The notes beneath the pieces are model-generated. The model saw only the letters and a list, made by a program, of their open reading frames with translations. It ran no database searches and was not told where the DNA came from. A stretch of 64,000 nt of DNA. It comes from Candidatus Neptunichlamydia sp. (GTDB taxonomy: Bacteria; Chlamydiota; Chlamydiia; Chlamydiales; Simkaniaceae). This document shows, in pieces, positions 48,685 through 58,272 of this stretch; position 1 is the stretch's first letter, and each line of letters begins with the position of its first letter. The position numbers and the translations under genes are program-made. Location of the stretch: contig OZ247587.1 of assembly GCA_965233865.1 (NCBI GenBank), positions 1,312,001-1,376,000 on the forward strand, in the 5' to 3' direction.

Positions 48685-50424
48685 ATGTGTGGGATTGGTG
48701 GATTTGTTGGTCAGGAATTTTCTAACAGAGAATTAGCCTCTACCATGCGTCATGTCTGCGAAAAGCTCTCTCTTAGGGGACCTGATGAAAGGGGAGTTTG
48801 CATCAAGCCAGGGGTTGCTCTGGCTTCTACACGCCTAGCAATTCGGGATCCTGAAAAAGGACAGCAACCCCTTCAAAAAGAGGGAATAGTTCTTGTTTTC
48901 AACGGAGAGATTTACAATACCGATGAGCTGCGCAATCGGTGTCAACAGACCTCTTGGAAAACTGAAAGTGACACAGAAGTTGTTTTAGAGATCTATCGAC
49001 ACTTCGGAGAGAACGGATTCCAAATGTTATCGGGGATGTTTTCGTTTGCGATTTGAGACGAAAAGAAAAAACACCTTTACCTTGTTCGAGATCGTTGGGG
49101 TGAGAAACCTCTATATTATACTGACACCAGAGAGAGAATTGCTTTTGCTTCTGAAATAGGAGGATTGATTCCGTGGAAGCATATAAATTGGGAATGGGAT
49201 GAAAAAGACTTATGGACTTTTTTAAAATATAGCTACATCCCTAGCCCCTTTTGTGGATGGAAAAATATTCAAAAGCTCCAACCTGGTTATTATTTGAGGT
49301 GGACACAAGGAGTGACAGAGCTAAGAAGATATTATTTTCCTAAGATTGATTTGAAGCAGCAATCCCCGAAGATTTTATTACAAGCCCTTCGAAACGCAGT
49401 GCGTCAATGCTCTGTATCAGATAAGCCAATTGGAGTGTTTTTAAGTGGAGGTTTGGATTCTTCTACAATTGTTGCACTACTAAAAGAAGTTAAGGAAACT
49501 TTTCCTGTATATTCTATCGATTGGAGGGAAAAAGATTATTCTGAAGGCTTTTACCATCAGGCTTTATGCCAAAGTCTCGATCTTCCTCAAAAAGTCGTTT
49601 ATTGTACGCCTGAGTTCATGGCTCAACACTTTGATCATATCGTTTCCTTGTATGGAGAACCTTTTGGTGATGAATCTATGATTCCTACTCATTGCATTGC
49701 TCGTCAGGCAAAAGAAGAGGTGGATGTTGTCTTAACGGGAGATGGTGCAGATGAATTTTTTCATGGGTATGAGCGCTATTTTTCTAATCATCCTACAGCA
49801 GACTATTCCGATATTTTTGCCCCTATTGATCGCTCTACGTGGGCGCTTATCTTTAAAAAAGAATTCCATTACCAAACGTTTCGATCTTCACCCGATTACT
49901 CGAAAGAATGGGGAATGGAAATGGATAACACACGAAGAGATCGTTCATTAATAGATATTCTTTCTTATTTACCAGACGATATCTTAATGAAAGTAGACCG
50001 TGCTACTATGGGAGTAGGGCTTGAAGCTAGAGCCCCCTTTCTTTTAACAGAGGTTACTGATATCGCTCTTAGTTCTTCTCTGGATCAGTTACAAGAGTTT
50101 TCAAAAGCACGTGGAAAAAAACTTCTAAGAGAAGCAGTAAGCAAGATTATTCCAGAAAGCATTCTTCTACGTAAGAAGCAGGGGTTCGGAGTTCCACTAG
50201 GTAAATGGTTTCAAGATGATCTCCATCTCTGGATGAAAGAACGTCTAATGTACGGGTCGTTAAATCAACTGGGATGGTTTTCAAAAAAAGGGTTAGAGGT
50301 TCTTTGTCAATTCCCTCAAAGATACTCACGTGCTCTTTTTAATCTTTTAGTCTTAGAGTGCTGGATGTGCAGAAATAATCATTTGCAAAATAATCTTTAT
50401 GAGTCCAACATTTCTATGTATTGA
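48685..50424 (+). pseudogene. asnB: Asparagine synthase (glutamine-hydrolysing)-type amidotransferase with in-frame TGA
   Basis: MCGIGG Ntn start, RGPD, FNGEIYN, GMFSFAI*DEK..RDRWGEKPLYY (TGA 49054-49056), FLSGGLDSS, GDGADE, KVDRATM, RKKQGF. Confidence 0.9.
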
Positions 50425-50442
50425 AACCTAAAGGAAATCTCT

Positions 50443-51369
50443 ATGAAAATATTGATTACTGGCTCTGAGGGACTGATCGGGTCTTCCCTGGCTATAGCTC
50501 TTGATCGTTTAGGAATTACCGCTCTCGGGCTTGATAATAAATTAGAGCCGCACCATCCCTGCTATGGGGATATTTTGAATTATGAGCAAGTTTCCGAATC
50601 TATGAATGGCGTTGAAGGGGTTGTTCATCTTGCTGCTGTCTCTCGTGTCATATTTGGAGAAAAAAACCCCAAATTGTGTTGGGATACGAATGTCGAAGGG
50701 ACAAAACATATTCTAGAAGCTGCCCTAGCCTCTCCCAAAAAACCTTGGGTTCTTTATGCGAGTAGTCGAGAGGTCTATGGACAGCAAGAAGAACTTCCTG
50801 TTAAAGAAACAGCTCCCCTTATCCCAGTCAACATTTATGGAGAATCAAAAATAGCTGCGGAGCAAGCTGTAGAAAACGCAGTTAAAGAAGGGACCAAAGC
50901 CTCTGTTGTTCGTTTTTCAAATGTTTTTGGAAGTGTTAACGATCATCATGATCGAGTCATCCCAGCCTTTTGCTTAGCTGCAGCCAATGGGACAAGAATA
51001 AGGATTGATGGAAAAGATAATCTCTTTGATTTCACATATATCGATGACGTAGTACAAGGAATTTTATCCTTTGTGTATCACTTAACTCAGAGAGATGAGC
51101 CTCTTCCTCCCATCCACTTTACTATGGGTCAAGCCACAAGTCTGGGAGAAGCTGCCTTTTATGCACAGCAAGCCAGTAGGCATCCAATAGAAATCATTGA
51201 AGCTCCTTCAAGAAGCTATGATGTAGCCCGTTTTTATGGAGACTCTTCCCGTGCAGAAACCCTTTTGGGTTGGAGACCTTGTGTGGGTGTTCAAGAGGGG
51301 ATACGACGTCTTATTCATCAATACCAACTTGTTTCTCAGGTCGCTCAGATGGAATATGCACACATTTGA
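50443..51369 (+). CDS. NAD(P)-dependent epimerase/dehydratase/reductase (extended SDR)
   Basis: ITGSEGLIG, HLAA, SSREVYG, YGESK (YxxxK), DFTYIDD. Confidence 0.92.
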   Translation: MKILITGSEGLIGSSLAIALDRLGITALGLDNKLEPHHPCYGDILNYEQVSESMNGVEGVVHLAAVSRVIFGEKNPKLCWDTNVEGTKHILEAALASPKKPWVLYASSREVYGQQEELPVKETAPLIPVNIYGESKIAAEQAVENAVKEGTKASVVRFSNVFGSVNDHHDRVIPAFCLAAANGTRIRIDGKDNLFDFTYIDDVVQGILSFVYHLTQRDEPLPPIHFTMGQATSLGEAAFYAQQASRHPIEIIEAPSRSYDVARFYGDSSRAETLLGWRPCVGVQEGIRRLIHQYQLVSQVAQMEYAHI

Positions 51370-51994
51370 CCATCTTTTTTTAAGGCATGCGGATCGCCCA
51401 TTGTTTAAGCTAAACTCTTGGGGGCATAACGTTTCCATTACCCACAAAGGAGAACAAGCTTCTCAATCAATGGGGCAGGAGCTAAGGTTCAAAAAATCTA
51501 GCTATTATCTTTGGAGCAGTCCAATCAAAAGGTGTTTGCAAACAGCTGAAGCCATCTGCAGCGGATTGGACTCCAATAAAGATATCAGACAAAGTTCTCT
51601 TCTGGGAGCCCCTGGATTTTTTATTCAAAACCCAGAACAAGCCGCTATTTTCTTTAAAGATTACCGGCTTCCTGAATTGGTTGATCTTTATCTTCAAGAG
51701 AAAAGTCTCCCAGGTTTTTTTTCTTTCAAAGAGGGGGGGGAAAGGATGCTCTTGGCTCTAATAGAGAAAAATGAGGTTCCTTCTATCTGGGTGACCCATG
51801 ATATCTGTGTCGCAATTTTAGCATGTTTTTTGTTTAAGAGGGTATCTTGTGAGGGATTTATTCCTGACTTTTTAGAAGGAATCGTTATTAAAAAAGATGG
51901 CGATAGCTGGTTCGCATCCTATAAAGGTTGCAGTACAAGAATTGAAGAGACTTTATTTAAGGGAAAGGTAGTCTCCAGCCTAAATCCCTCCTGA
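51356..51994 (+). CDS. Histidine phosphatase family protein
   Basis: LRHADR, SSPIKRCLQTA, VTHD; start overlaps the SDR stop. Confidence 0.88.
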   Translation: MHTFDHLFLRHADRPLFKLNSWGHNVSITHKGEQASQSMGQELRFKKSSYYLWSSPIKRCLQTAEAICSGLDSNKDIRQSSLLGAPGFFIQNPEQAAIFFKDYRLPELVDLYLQEKSLPGFFSFKEGGERMLLALIEKNEVPSIWVTHDICVAILACFLFKRVSCEGFIPDFLEGIVIKKDGDSWFASYKGCSTRIEETLFKGKVVSSLNPS

Positions 51995-53598
51995 GAGTAG
52001 AGATTTTTAAACTCCTCTAATGTCCTTTCTTTCCCACCTGTCATGACCCACATATTGAGGTTGAGTAAAGCCCCGCTTCCCGTGTTTTTATCTAAAAGAT
52101 TTTCAATGACATAAAGGCGCCCAGTATCTTGAATGATCTTTCGCACTTTCTTTAGGATGTGAAGGGCCTTGTCATCGTCCCAGTCATGCAATACTCTTGA
52201 GAGAATGACCCCATCGAATGAGCATTTTGGCCATTTTTCAAAAAAGTCTAAGGGAACAAGGGTTAAACGAGGTTGGGGTGTGCACTTTTCTAAAACTGAA
52301 GGGAGATCTAAAACTGTTCCTTCTATGTGGGGATATTTCTTGAGAAGGATTTTTATAAAAGTCCCTGTCGATCCTCCAATATCCGCTATCGATTGATGGA
52401 TCGTACAATCGATCACCTCCCCAAAAGTTTGATAATCATTGTGTGCATAATGAGAAAGTGCCTGATGATAAAGAGTTTCTTTTTGGGGATGATTTTTAAT
52501 GTAATCAAACCAGTTTTGGTGATACAAACTCTCGAAAGAAGGTTTTTCTTGTTGCAGGGCTGTTGCGACTTTTTTCCAAGCCTGGAGATGCTCCTCCATC
52601 CAAAGGGTTTGGGCATGAGTAAGAGAAAACGGGTGCTGAGATGTGAGAAATTTTCCTTTCTCTGATAGTTGCCATAGATTTTGAGTTTTCTCCACATACC
52701 CTATTTCCATTAAAGCAAGGAGAATTTTTTCAATCATTAAGGGCTTTAAGGTTGTTTTATGAGAGAGGGTGTTAAGTGTTCCAGGAAGAGCTTCGAAAAT
52801 CTGAAGTCTTTTTGCTCCTTCCAAGGCGTACAACTTCCAGTAAGAAACTAAATCCCCTGAGACTTTGTGAAAAGCGTCTTTTCTTTTCGAGTAAAGTTCT
52901 TGAATCACATTTCCTTCTTCATCGATCAGCAGAAGAGATCCTTCCTCATTTTCCACCCTTGCGTGTCCATTATAAAACGGTTCAATCATGGCATACCTGG
53001 TTGAATAAAGAGGATTCCCTTTGTGGTCCACATGAAACCAGCCTAATTCATTTTTTGCTCTTGCAAACCCTTTATGAAAAATATCTAAATCTAAAAATCC
53101 TTTCGGATGAACTTTATTTCCACTGGTATCGATATGATAATGGAGTCCATCTGCAGCTTGAACCACGGCAACACCATCATGAAAGTCTCCAGTATAGGAG
53201 TAGGTTGTTAAATAAAGAGTTTCCCCCTCTGTATTGATATGAAAATAGTTCCTATTGAAGTCTTTAACAGTGCAGAGGTTTTCTTGAAAGTTTCCACACC
53301 ATGCATAACGTTTTTTATAAAGAGGGGATCCATCTGAAAGAATATGAAACCAGCCTTTTTTGTCGACAACCGCTGCACGATCACAATAATAACCAAATGT
53401 TTTGTGGTAGCGTTTGGAATATAGGGGGTCTCCAAAAAGATTGATATGATAGGCGCCCGAAAGATCTCTTACAGGCGCAAGTCCAGGGGAGTGAAATTTG
53501 AGAATATGAAGAAAGCGATGAGAATATACGGGTTTGTTTTCAAAAGTATGGTGGGTCTCATCTTGAGAAACTTCATATTTTTGCCAGTTCGGCTTCAT
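51919..53598 (-). CDS. WG-type beta-repeat protein fused to a SAM-dependent O-methyltransferase
   Basis: Six ~35-aa repeats (F..G.A.V....G.YHI...G.PLY), then wHTH dimerisation region, DIGGSTG, DFF, SRVLHDWDD, GGKERT. Confidence 0.88.
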   Translation of the reverse strand: MKPNWQKYEVSQDETHHTFENKPVYSHRFLHILKFHSPGLAPVRDLSGAYHINLFGDPLYSKRYHKTFGYYCDRAAVVDKKGWFHILSDGSPLYKKRYAWCGNFQENLCTVKDFNRNYFHINTEGETLYLTTYSYTGDFHDGVAVVQAADGLHYHIDTSGNKVHPKGFLDLDIFHKGFARAKNELGWFHVDHKGNPLYSTRYAMIEPFYNGHARVENEEGSLLLIDEEGNVIQELYSKRKDAFHKVSGDLVSYWKLYALEGAKRLQIFEALPGTLNTLSHKTTLKPLMIEKILLALMEIGYVEKTQNLWQLSEKGKFLTSQHPFSLTHAQTLWMEEHLQAWKKVATALQQEKPSFESLYHQNWFDYIKNHPQKETLYHQALSHYAHNDYQTFGEVIDCTIHQSIADIGGSTGTFIKILLKKYPHIEGTVLDLPSVLEKCTPQPRLTLVPLDFFEKWPKCSFDGVILSRVLHDWDDDKALHILKKVRKIIQDTGRLYVIENLLDKNTGSGALLNLNMWVMTGGKERTLEEFKNLYSQEGFRLETTFPLNKVSSILVLQPL

Positions 53599-54646
53599 TG
53601 CGAGGTGTTCCTAGGTTGTTTATTTTTTTACGCATGTTACATCTTTTACACACTTCATTTTGAAGGTAATTTTTTTGAAGGTTATTATAAGATCTATTCG
53701 TCCAAACATCTTCGATGGATTGGTTTTCGAGGGTTCCAAAATCTCCTAGCTTTCTTCGGTCTTTGTCCGGAGCGCAGCAGGGGTTAAACCGCCCTTCTGC
53801 TGAAACCCAGGCCTCTTGGCCTAGGAAAGGACAAACTCCTTCAGAAAGGAGCTCTTCTATTGCACATCCATCCAGTTCATAAATGTTTTCAAGGAAGACC
53901 TTTTCTCCATCTGGGAGTCGGTATTTTTCTGCAGCTTCTTGGGCAAGACGTGCAATACCATTCCATTTTTGAATTGCTTGAGGGTCTCTTCGCATTGACT
54001 CATTTTCCATTTCTTTCGTAAAAACCCATAAATGGTGCCCTTTAACCCGGTTCACTCCAAGAGAAGCTGCAAGTTTTACAACTTCTGGAATTTCTTCAGC
54101 TCCTGTCTCAGTAAAGGTGAGTTGAAATGTGACTCGACAAAAGTTGCCTTCGGTTCGCGCAATGGTATCTCGCACTTGAATAAAGTCTTTGACGTTTTGT
54201 ACGCGTTGCTCAAAATTGGAGCCAATCATGATAAGCTCAGAAGTTTTTTTAGTCGCTCCATTCCAAGAGATTTTGACGTCCGAGCCAATAGGAACAATCT
54301 TTTCAGCCCATTTCTTTGCTCCATATTTTGGAAAAGTTCCGTTTGTAGTAAGGTTCATTTTGACATCAAATTCATGACACAAATCGATAATAGATTCAAA
54401 ATGACGATACAGCAGCGGTTCCCCCATTGTTGATGGGATAATTTCTCGGAGGGGAGTATCCTTTGCCTCTTCTAATATCTTCCGCATCAATTGAATATCC
54501 ATCCGCCGCCTAGGCCTCCCTTCCGCTTTGCGCTGACTTTGGCAAGTACTGTAGATCGAATGCTCTTCACACATGACACAGCGCAAGTTGCAGTCGTCAG
54601 GGTTGGTGTCAAATGTGATCCGCCAGGGACCGGGTCTTTGGGTCAT
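53573..54646 (-). CDS. Radical SAM enzyme with SPASM/twitch domain
   Basis: CNLRCVMC, GEPLL, TTNG, C-terminal CPFL..NPCC..CKRC. Confidence 0.93.
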   Translation of the reverse strand: MTQRPGPWRITFDTNPDDCNLRCVMCEEHSIYSTCQSQRKAEGRPRRRMDIQLMRKILEEAKDTPLREIIPSTMGEPLLYRHFESIIDLCHEFDVKMNLTTNGTFPKYGAKKWAEKIVPIGSDVKISWNGATKKTSELIMIGSNFEQRVQNVKDFIQVRDTIARTEGNFCRVTFQLTFTETGAEEIPEVVKLAASLGVNRVKGHHLWVFTKEMENESMRRDPQAIQKWNGIARLAQEAAEKYRLPDGEKVFLENIYELDGCAIEELLSEGVCPFLGQEAWVSAEGRFNPCCAPDKDRRKLGDFGTLENQSIEDVWTNRSYNNLQKNYLQNEVCKRCNMRKKINNLGTPRNEAELAKI

Positions 54647-55955
54647 AAGCCCTCCTATTCTCTAGAGATTGTTGATAGAGTGAAACAACTTGTTCAGCAT
54701 GTTCTTCAATGTTTGGAATATGACCGGTTTCTGATTGGATATAACCTTTAGATTGAATGCGTGACAAGAGTTGAGGGGCCTTTATAAGGCGATTCATTTG
54801 CTCTGCAAGTTTTCTAGGGGAACGATGTTCAAACAATAAACCATTGACATCATGGTGGATATATTCTCGCATTCCTCCGTAACCTGCTGTAATCACAGCA
54901 ACCTTGGATTCAAGGGCTTCATGGATAACAAGAGGGGAGTTCTCTCCCCAAATCGAGGGAACAACAATGGCATCAATGTGGTTAAAAACATCCGACACAA
55001 TTTCTGTATTGGAATATCCTCCCATCCAATGGATCTTTTCCTGTAGAGATGTGGCCATTTTCGAAACATATGCTTTTAGGGAATTTGTGAAAGGTTGAAT
55101 AGGGGAACCCCAAATTTTTAGCTCTGCTTGGGGATGGTTCAGTTTATGGAAGGCTTGAAGTAAATGAAGAATGCCTTTTGCTTGTTTGTGAGTTCCAATA
55201 TATCCAAAAGTGAAAGGTGTATTCTTCTTTCTTTTTCTTCCATGGAGCTTTTTTCGATGAAATCCATAGTCTAGGTAAACCATCTTTGAAGAAGGAATGG
55301 GAAGTCCATCCAAGAAACGGTCCATCAAGTAGCGAGAAGGAGCGTGGAACAGATCGATGTGTGGTAGCAGATCGTTTCGAACATGATCCATGCGACGTTG
55401 AACCCATCCCGTCCAATAAGTAATGTCTTCTAGGTTGTCTTGAGAGCTAAAGTACCTCCAGTAACAGTTGCGGGCACACTTTTCATTTTCTTGAGATTCA
55501 CAAACGGGGTAGAGGTCTTCTGCCTTGGAGTTAATAGCTTGCAGAAACTGTCCCCTTGGGCACATAAGCCAAAAATCATGCAGAGTGAAGACTATAGGAA
55601 TCCCTAGCTGATATGCTTCATTGACAATAGAGGTAGATAGGTGATTAAGATGGCCAATATGGATAATATCTGGGTTGAATTCAGTTGCGACCTTTTGAAA
55701 TGCTTTATCAACAGCTGCATGTCGGTACCCATCTTTACTGTGAGCCATGTTAATCATGGCGATTTTTATTTCTGGACAGAGGGGATCAGAGCTCCATTCA
55801 ACAGAATATTCTTGTGCATAGGCATTTTCTTGCCTTGTAAAAACAAGGATCTCATGCCCTTGATTCACCAGCTCATTGCAAAGCGTTTGAGAGTAGACTT
55901 CTGATCCTGCAGAATAGAGAGGTGGATACCCATGTATAACTTTTAAGATCTTCAA
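54609..55955 (-). CDS. GT4 family glycosyltransferase with Cys-rich insert
   Basis: IHGYPP..GSEVY, PDIIHIGHL, TLHDFW, KGI, PSIWGENSPLVIHEA (EX7E), NGLLF. Confidence 0.92.
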   Translation of the reverse strand: MKILKVIHGYPPLYSAGSEVYSQTLCNELVNQGHEILVFTRQENAYAQEYSVEWSSDPLCPEIKIAMINMAHSKDGYRHAAVDKAFQKVATEFNPDIIHIGHLNHLSTSIVNEAYQLGIPIVFTLHDFWLMCPRGQFLQAINSKAEDLYPVCESQENEKCARNCYWRYFSSQDNLEDITYWTGWVQRRMDHVRNDLLPHIDLFHAPSRYLMDRFLDGLPIPSSKMVYLDYGFHRKKLHGRKRKKNTPFTFGYIGTHKQAKGILHLLQAFHKLNHPQAELKIWGSPIQPFTNSLKAYVSKMATSLQEKIHWMGGYSNTEIVSDVFNHIDAIVVPSIWGENSPLVIHEALESKVAVITAGYGGMREYIHHDVNGLLFEHRSPRKLAEQMNRLIKAPQLLSRIQSKGYIQSETGHIPNIEEHAEQVVSLYQQSLENRRAYDPKTRSLADHI

Positions 55956-56062
55956 AATGCTTCCCTGATAGGAAATCCTTAGGTGAAGGGTGCTTGAGGG
56001 TCAAATTTATATCAATAGAAAATATTAGAATATTCTATAGTTAAGTTTGTGTGATGGAGGTT

Positions 56063-56665
56063 TTATATTCCAGAAAGGGCGGCCCGAATGAGTGTGCTAA
56101 GATCGGAAGGAGTCTCGCTTGCCAGGGCTTTTTTAAGTGCTTGTTGCGCCTGAAGAGAATTATATCCAAGGTTCATGAGCGCAGAGAGAGCGTCATTCAC
56201 CATTTGATCTTCTTCGGTAATTTCATGCTTTGAAGTGTGAGGAAGGGGAGTTTTTTTGAATCCTTTGAGGACTTTATCCCGGAGCTCTACAATCAGACGT
56301 TCAGCTGTTTTTTTTCCAATACCTGGAATTTTTGAAAGGATCGTCGTATTCGCAGTCGTGATGGCGGATTCGAGAGAAGAACTATCGAGATGTCCAATAA
56401 GGGCAAGGGCAGTTTTAGGTCCAATGCCAGATACGGTGCTAATTTTTTCAAAAAGGTCGCGCTCTTCAAAGGTAAGAAAACCAAAGTTTTTGTAAGAATC
56501 TTCACGGATCACTGAGGAGATATAAAAGAGAGCATCTTTCCCGATAAGAGGCGCCCCGGAAAAAGCACTGAGGGGGGTGTAAAGCAGATAGCCCACGCCG
56601 TTGACATCTACAACAGCATTGTGGGGAGTGATTGAGACAAGAGTTCCTTTGATATATTCAAACAT
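56063..56665 (-). CDS. ruvA: Holliday junction DNA-binding subunit
   Basis: MFEYIKG, VDVNGVGY, GIGPKTAL, PGIGKKTAERL, ALMNLGY. Confidence 0.97.
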   Translation of the reverse strand: MFEYIKGTLVSITPHNAVVDVNGVGYLLYTPLSAFSGAPLIGKDALFYISSVIREDSYKNFGFLTFEERDLFEKISTVSGIGPKTALALIGHLDSSSLESAITTANTTILSKIPGIGKKTAERLIVELRDKVLKGFKKTPLPHTSKHEITEEDQMVNDALSALMNLGYNSLQAQQALKKALASETPSDLSTLIRAALSGI

Positions 56666-57161
56666 AGACGCCTATGGGTTTAATGTGATTGGCATGAGTA
56701 ATCGCAAGGGCGAGGGCATCGGCAGCATCTTCAGGGGTGGGGATTTCCTTAAGATTTAGAAGCAGTTGCATCATTTTTTGGATTTGTTTCTTGGTTGCTG
56801 ATCCAGATCCTACAACAGCAAGTTTTGCCTTTGTTGGGGCATATTCGAAGATAGGGATTTTGCGCTTGGTGGCAGCAACGAGGGCAACCGCTTTTGCCAT
56901 CCCAAGTTTTAGAGCACTTTGAACATTGCAGCCGACAAACTGAGTTTCAATAGAAACAGCTTCAATAGGATAGGAATCAAGGATATGCTCGATCCCTTCA
57001 TGAATGATGCCGTATCTTTCGTGGAGGGAGAGTTTGAGCGAGGGACGGATACATCCAAAATCAAGGGGGGTAAATGAGCGGAGATCTGTTTCGATAATTC
57101 CATATCCAGTGATACGGGTTCCTGGATCAATCCCTAAAATAATATGTTTTTTTCGACTCAT
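56658..57161 (-). CDS. ruvC: Holliday junction resolvase (start may be 57170)
   Basis: ILGIDPG, IETQF, EYAPTKAK, DAADALA. Confidence 0.97.
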   Translation of the reverse strand: MSRKKHIILGIDPGTRITGYGIIETDLRSFTPLDFGCIRPSLKLSLHERYGIIHEGIEHILDSYPIEAVSIETQFVGCNVQSALKLGMAKAVALVAATKRKIPIFEYAPTKAKLAVVGSGSATKKQIQKMMQLLLNLKEIPTPEDAADALALAITHANHIKPIGVYV

Positions 57162-57207
57162 ATTTTTCATTATGGAACGAAAAGGATTTTCTGTTAATCT
57201 TAAAGCA

Positions 57208-58272
57208 ATGAAAAGTCTAGAAAACTTAGATCCTAGCTCCATTATTGTTCGGATGCCTAATTGGTTGGGTGACTTGGTGATGGCAACCTCTGTTTTAGCA
57301 GATTTACGGGAGAGATATCCTCATGCTGAAATTACAGTAATGTGTCAGGCCAATGTCGCTCCCTTGCTAGAAAATGACCCTGTTGTAGACGAGGTTTTCT
57401 GTGTGAGTCGTGGAGAGAGCTTTATCCGTCGGATTGGAGGGCGAAACATTGTTGCGAAACTGAAGAGCGGAACATATGATCTTGGAATTTTATTGACCAA
57501 TTCATTTTCATCAGCCTGGAGATTTTGGCAAGGGAGTGTCAAAAACACACTGGGATACTGCGCAGATGGTCGAAGCTTTTTAATGACGCATCCGGTTTCT
57601 TTCTCTGAGAAGAAAAAAGAGCAACACCTAGTGATTACTTATAAGGAGCTCCTAAAGCCTCTCGGAATTCCAGTTTCCGAGACAAAGCCCAGATTGGTTG
57701 TAACGGATCAGGAGACTAAAGAGGCGTGGGAGATTGTCAAACGGTTTGACATTGCCCCAGATTGCAATATTATTGGAGTGAATCCCGGAGCTGCTTACGG
57801 CACTGCAAAATGTTGGCTTCCTGAGCGATTTACGGAAGTGACTAAAAATATTATTGAGGGAGATCCCAAAAATGTTGTTCTCTTTTTTGGTGACCGCTCT
57901 CATAAGGAATTGATCGGAAAGATTTGCGTGGGACTTTCAAAGCGCGCAATAAACATGTCAGGTCAAACTAGCTTGAGGGAGCTGCTAGCACTTATAAAAA
58001 TTTGTAGTGTCTTTTTAACAAATGACAGCGGACCCATGCACATTGCGGATAGTTTAGATGTCCCCCTTGTCGCACTGTTTGGCTCAACAAGCCCAGTGGT
58101 GACGGGGCCTTACAGACAAAGTCAAAACATTATCCAGAAGAAAGTTCCTTGTTCCCCGTGTTTTAAACGGGTTTGTCCGATTGATTTTCCCTGCATGAAG
58201 GATATTGGAGTGGGTGAAGTAACAGCAGCAGTTCTTTCTAAACTTAAGCAAAGCCTCGCAGGGTGTATGTGA
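57208..58272 (+). CDS. waaF: LPS heptosyltransferase II-like (GT9)
   Basis: PNWLGDLVMA, NPGAAYGTAKCW, TNDSGPMHIA, ALFGST, CSPCFKRVCP. Confidence 0.88.
   Translation: MKSLENLDPSSIIVRMPNWLGDLVMATSVLADLRERYPHAEITVMCQANVAPLLENDPVVDEVFCVSRGESFIRRIGGRNIVAKLKSGTYDLGILLTNSFSSAWRFWQGSVKNTLGYCADGRSFLMTHPVSFSEKKKEQHLVITYKELLKPLGIPVSETKPRLVVTDQETKEAWEIVKRFDIAPDCNIIGVNPGAAYGTAKCWLPERFTEVTKNIIEGDPKNVVLFFGDRSHKELIGKICVGLSKRAINMSGQTSLRELLALIKICSVFLTNDSGPMHIADSLDVPLVALFGSTSPVVTGPYRQSQNIIQKKVPCSPCFKRVCPIDFPCMKDIGVGEVTAAVLSKLKQSLAGCM

Noticed and set aside
45763..49056. Genetic-code reassignment or selenocysteine explaining the two in-frame TGAs in the island
   Set aside because: One TGA replaces Arg and the other Trp, other Trp codons are TGG, and TGA is the normal stop of several island genes (50424, 51369, 51994, 46167); single transitions explain both
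48685..54646. Lasso peptide or other RiPP cluster (AsnB-like plus rSAM/SPASM)
   Set aside because: The AsnB has a full Ntn glutaminase domain, no precursor peptide, RRE or B protein is visible, and the neighbours are sugar enzymes
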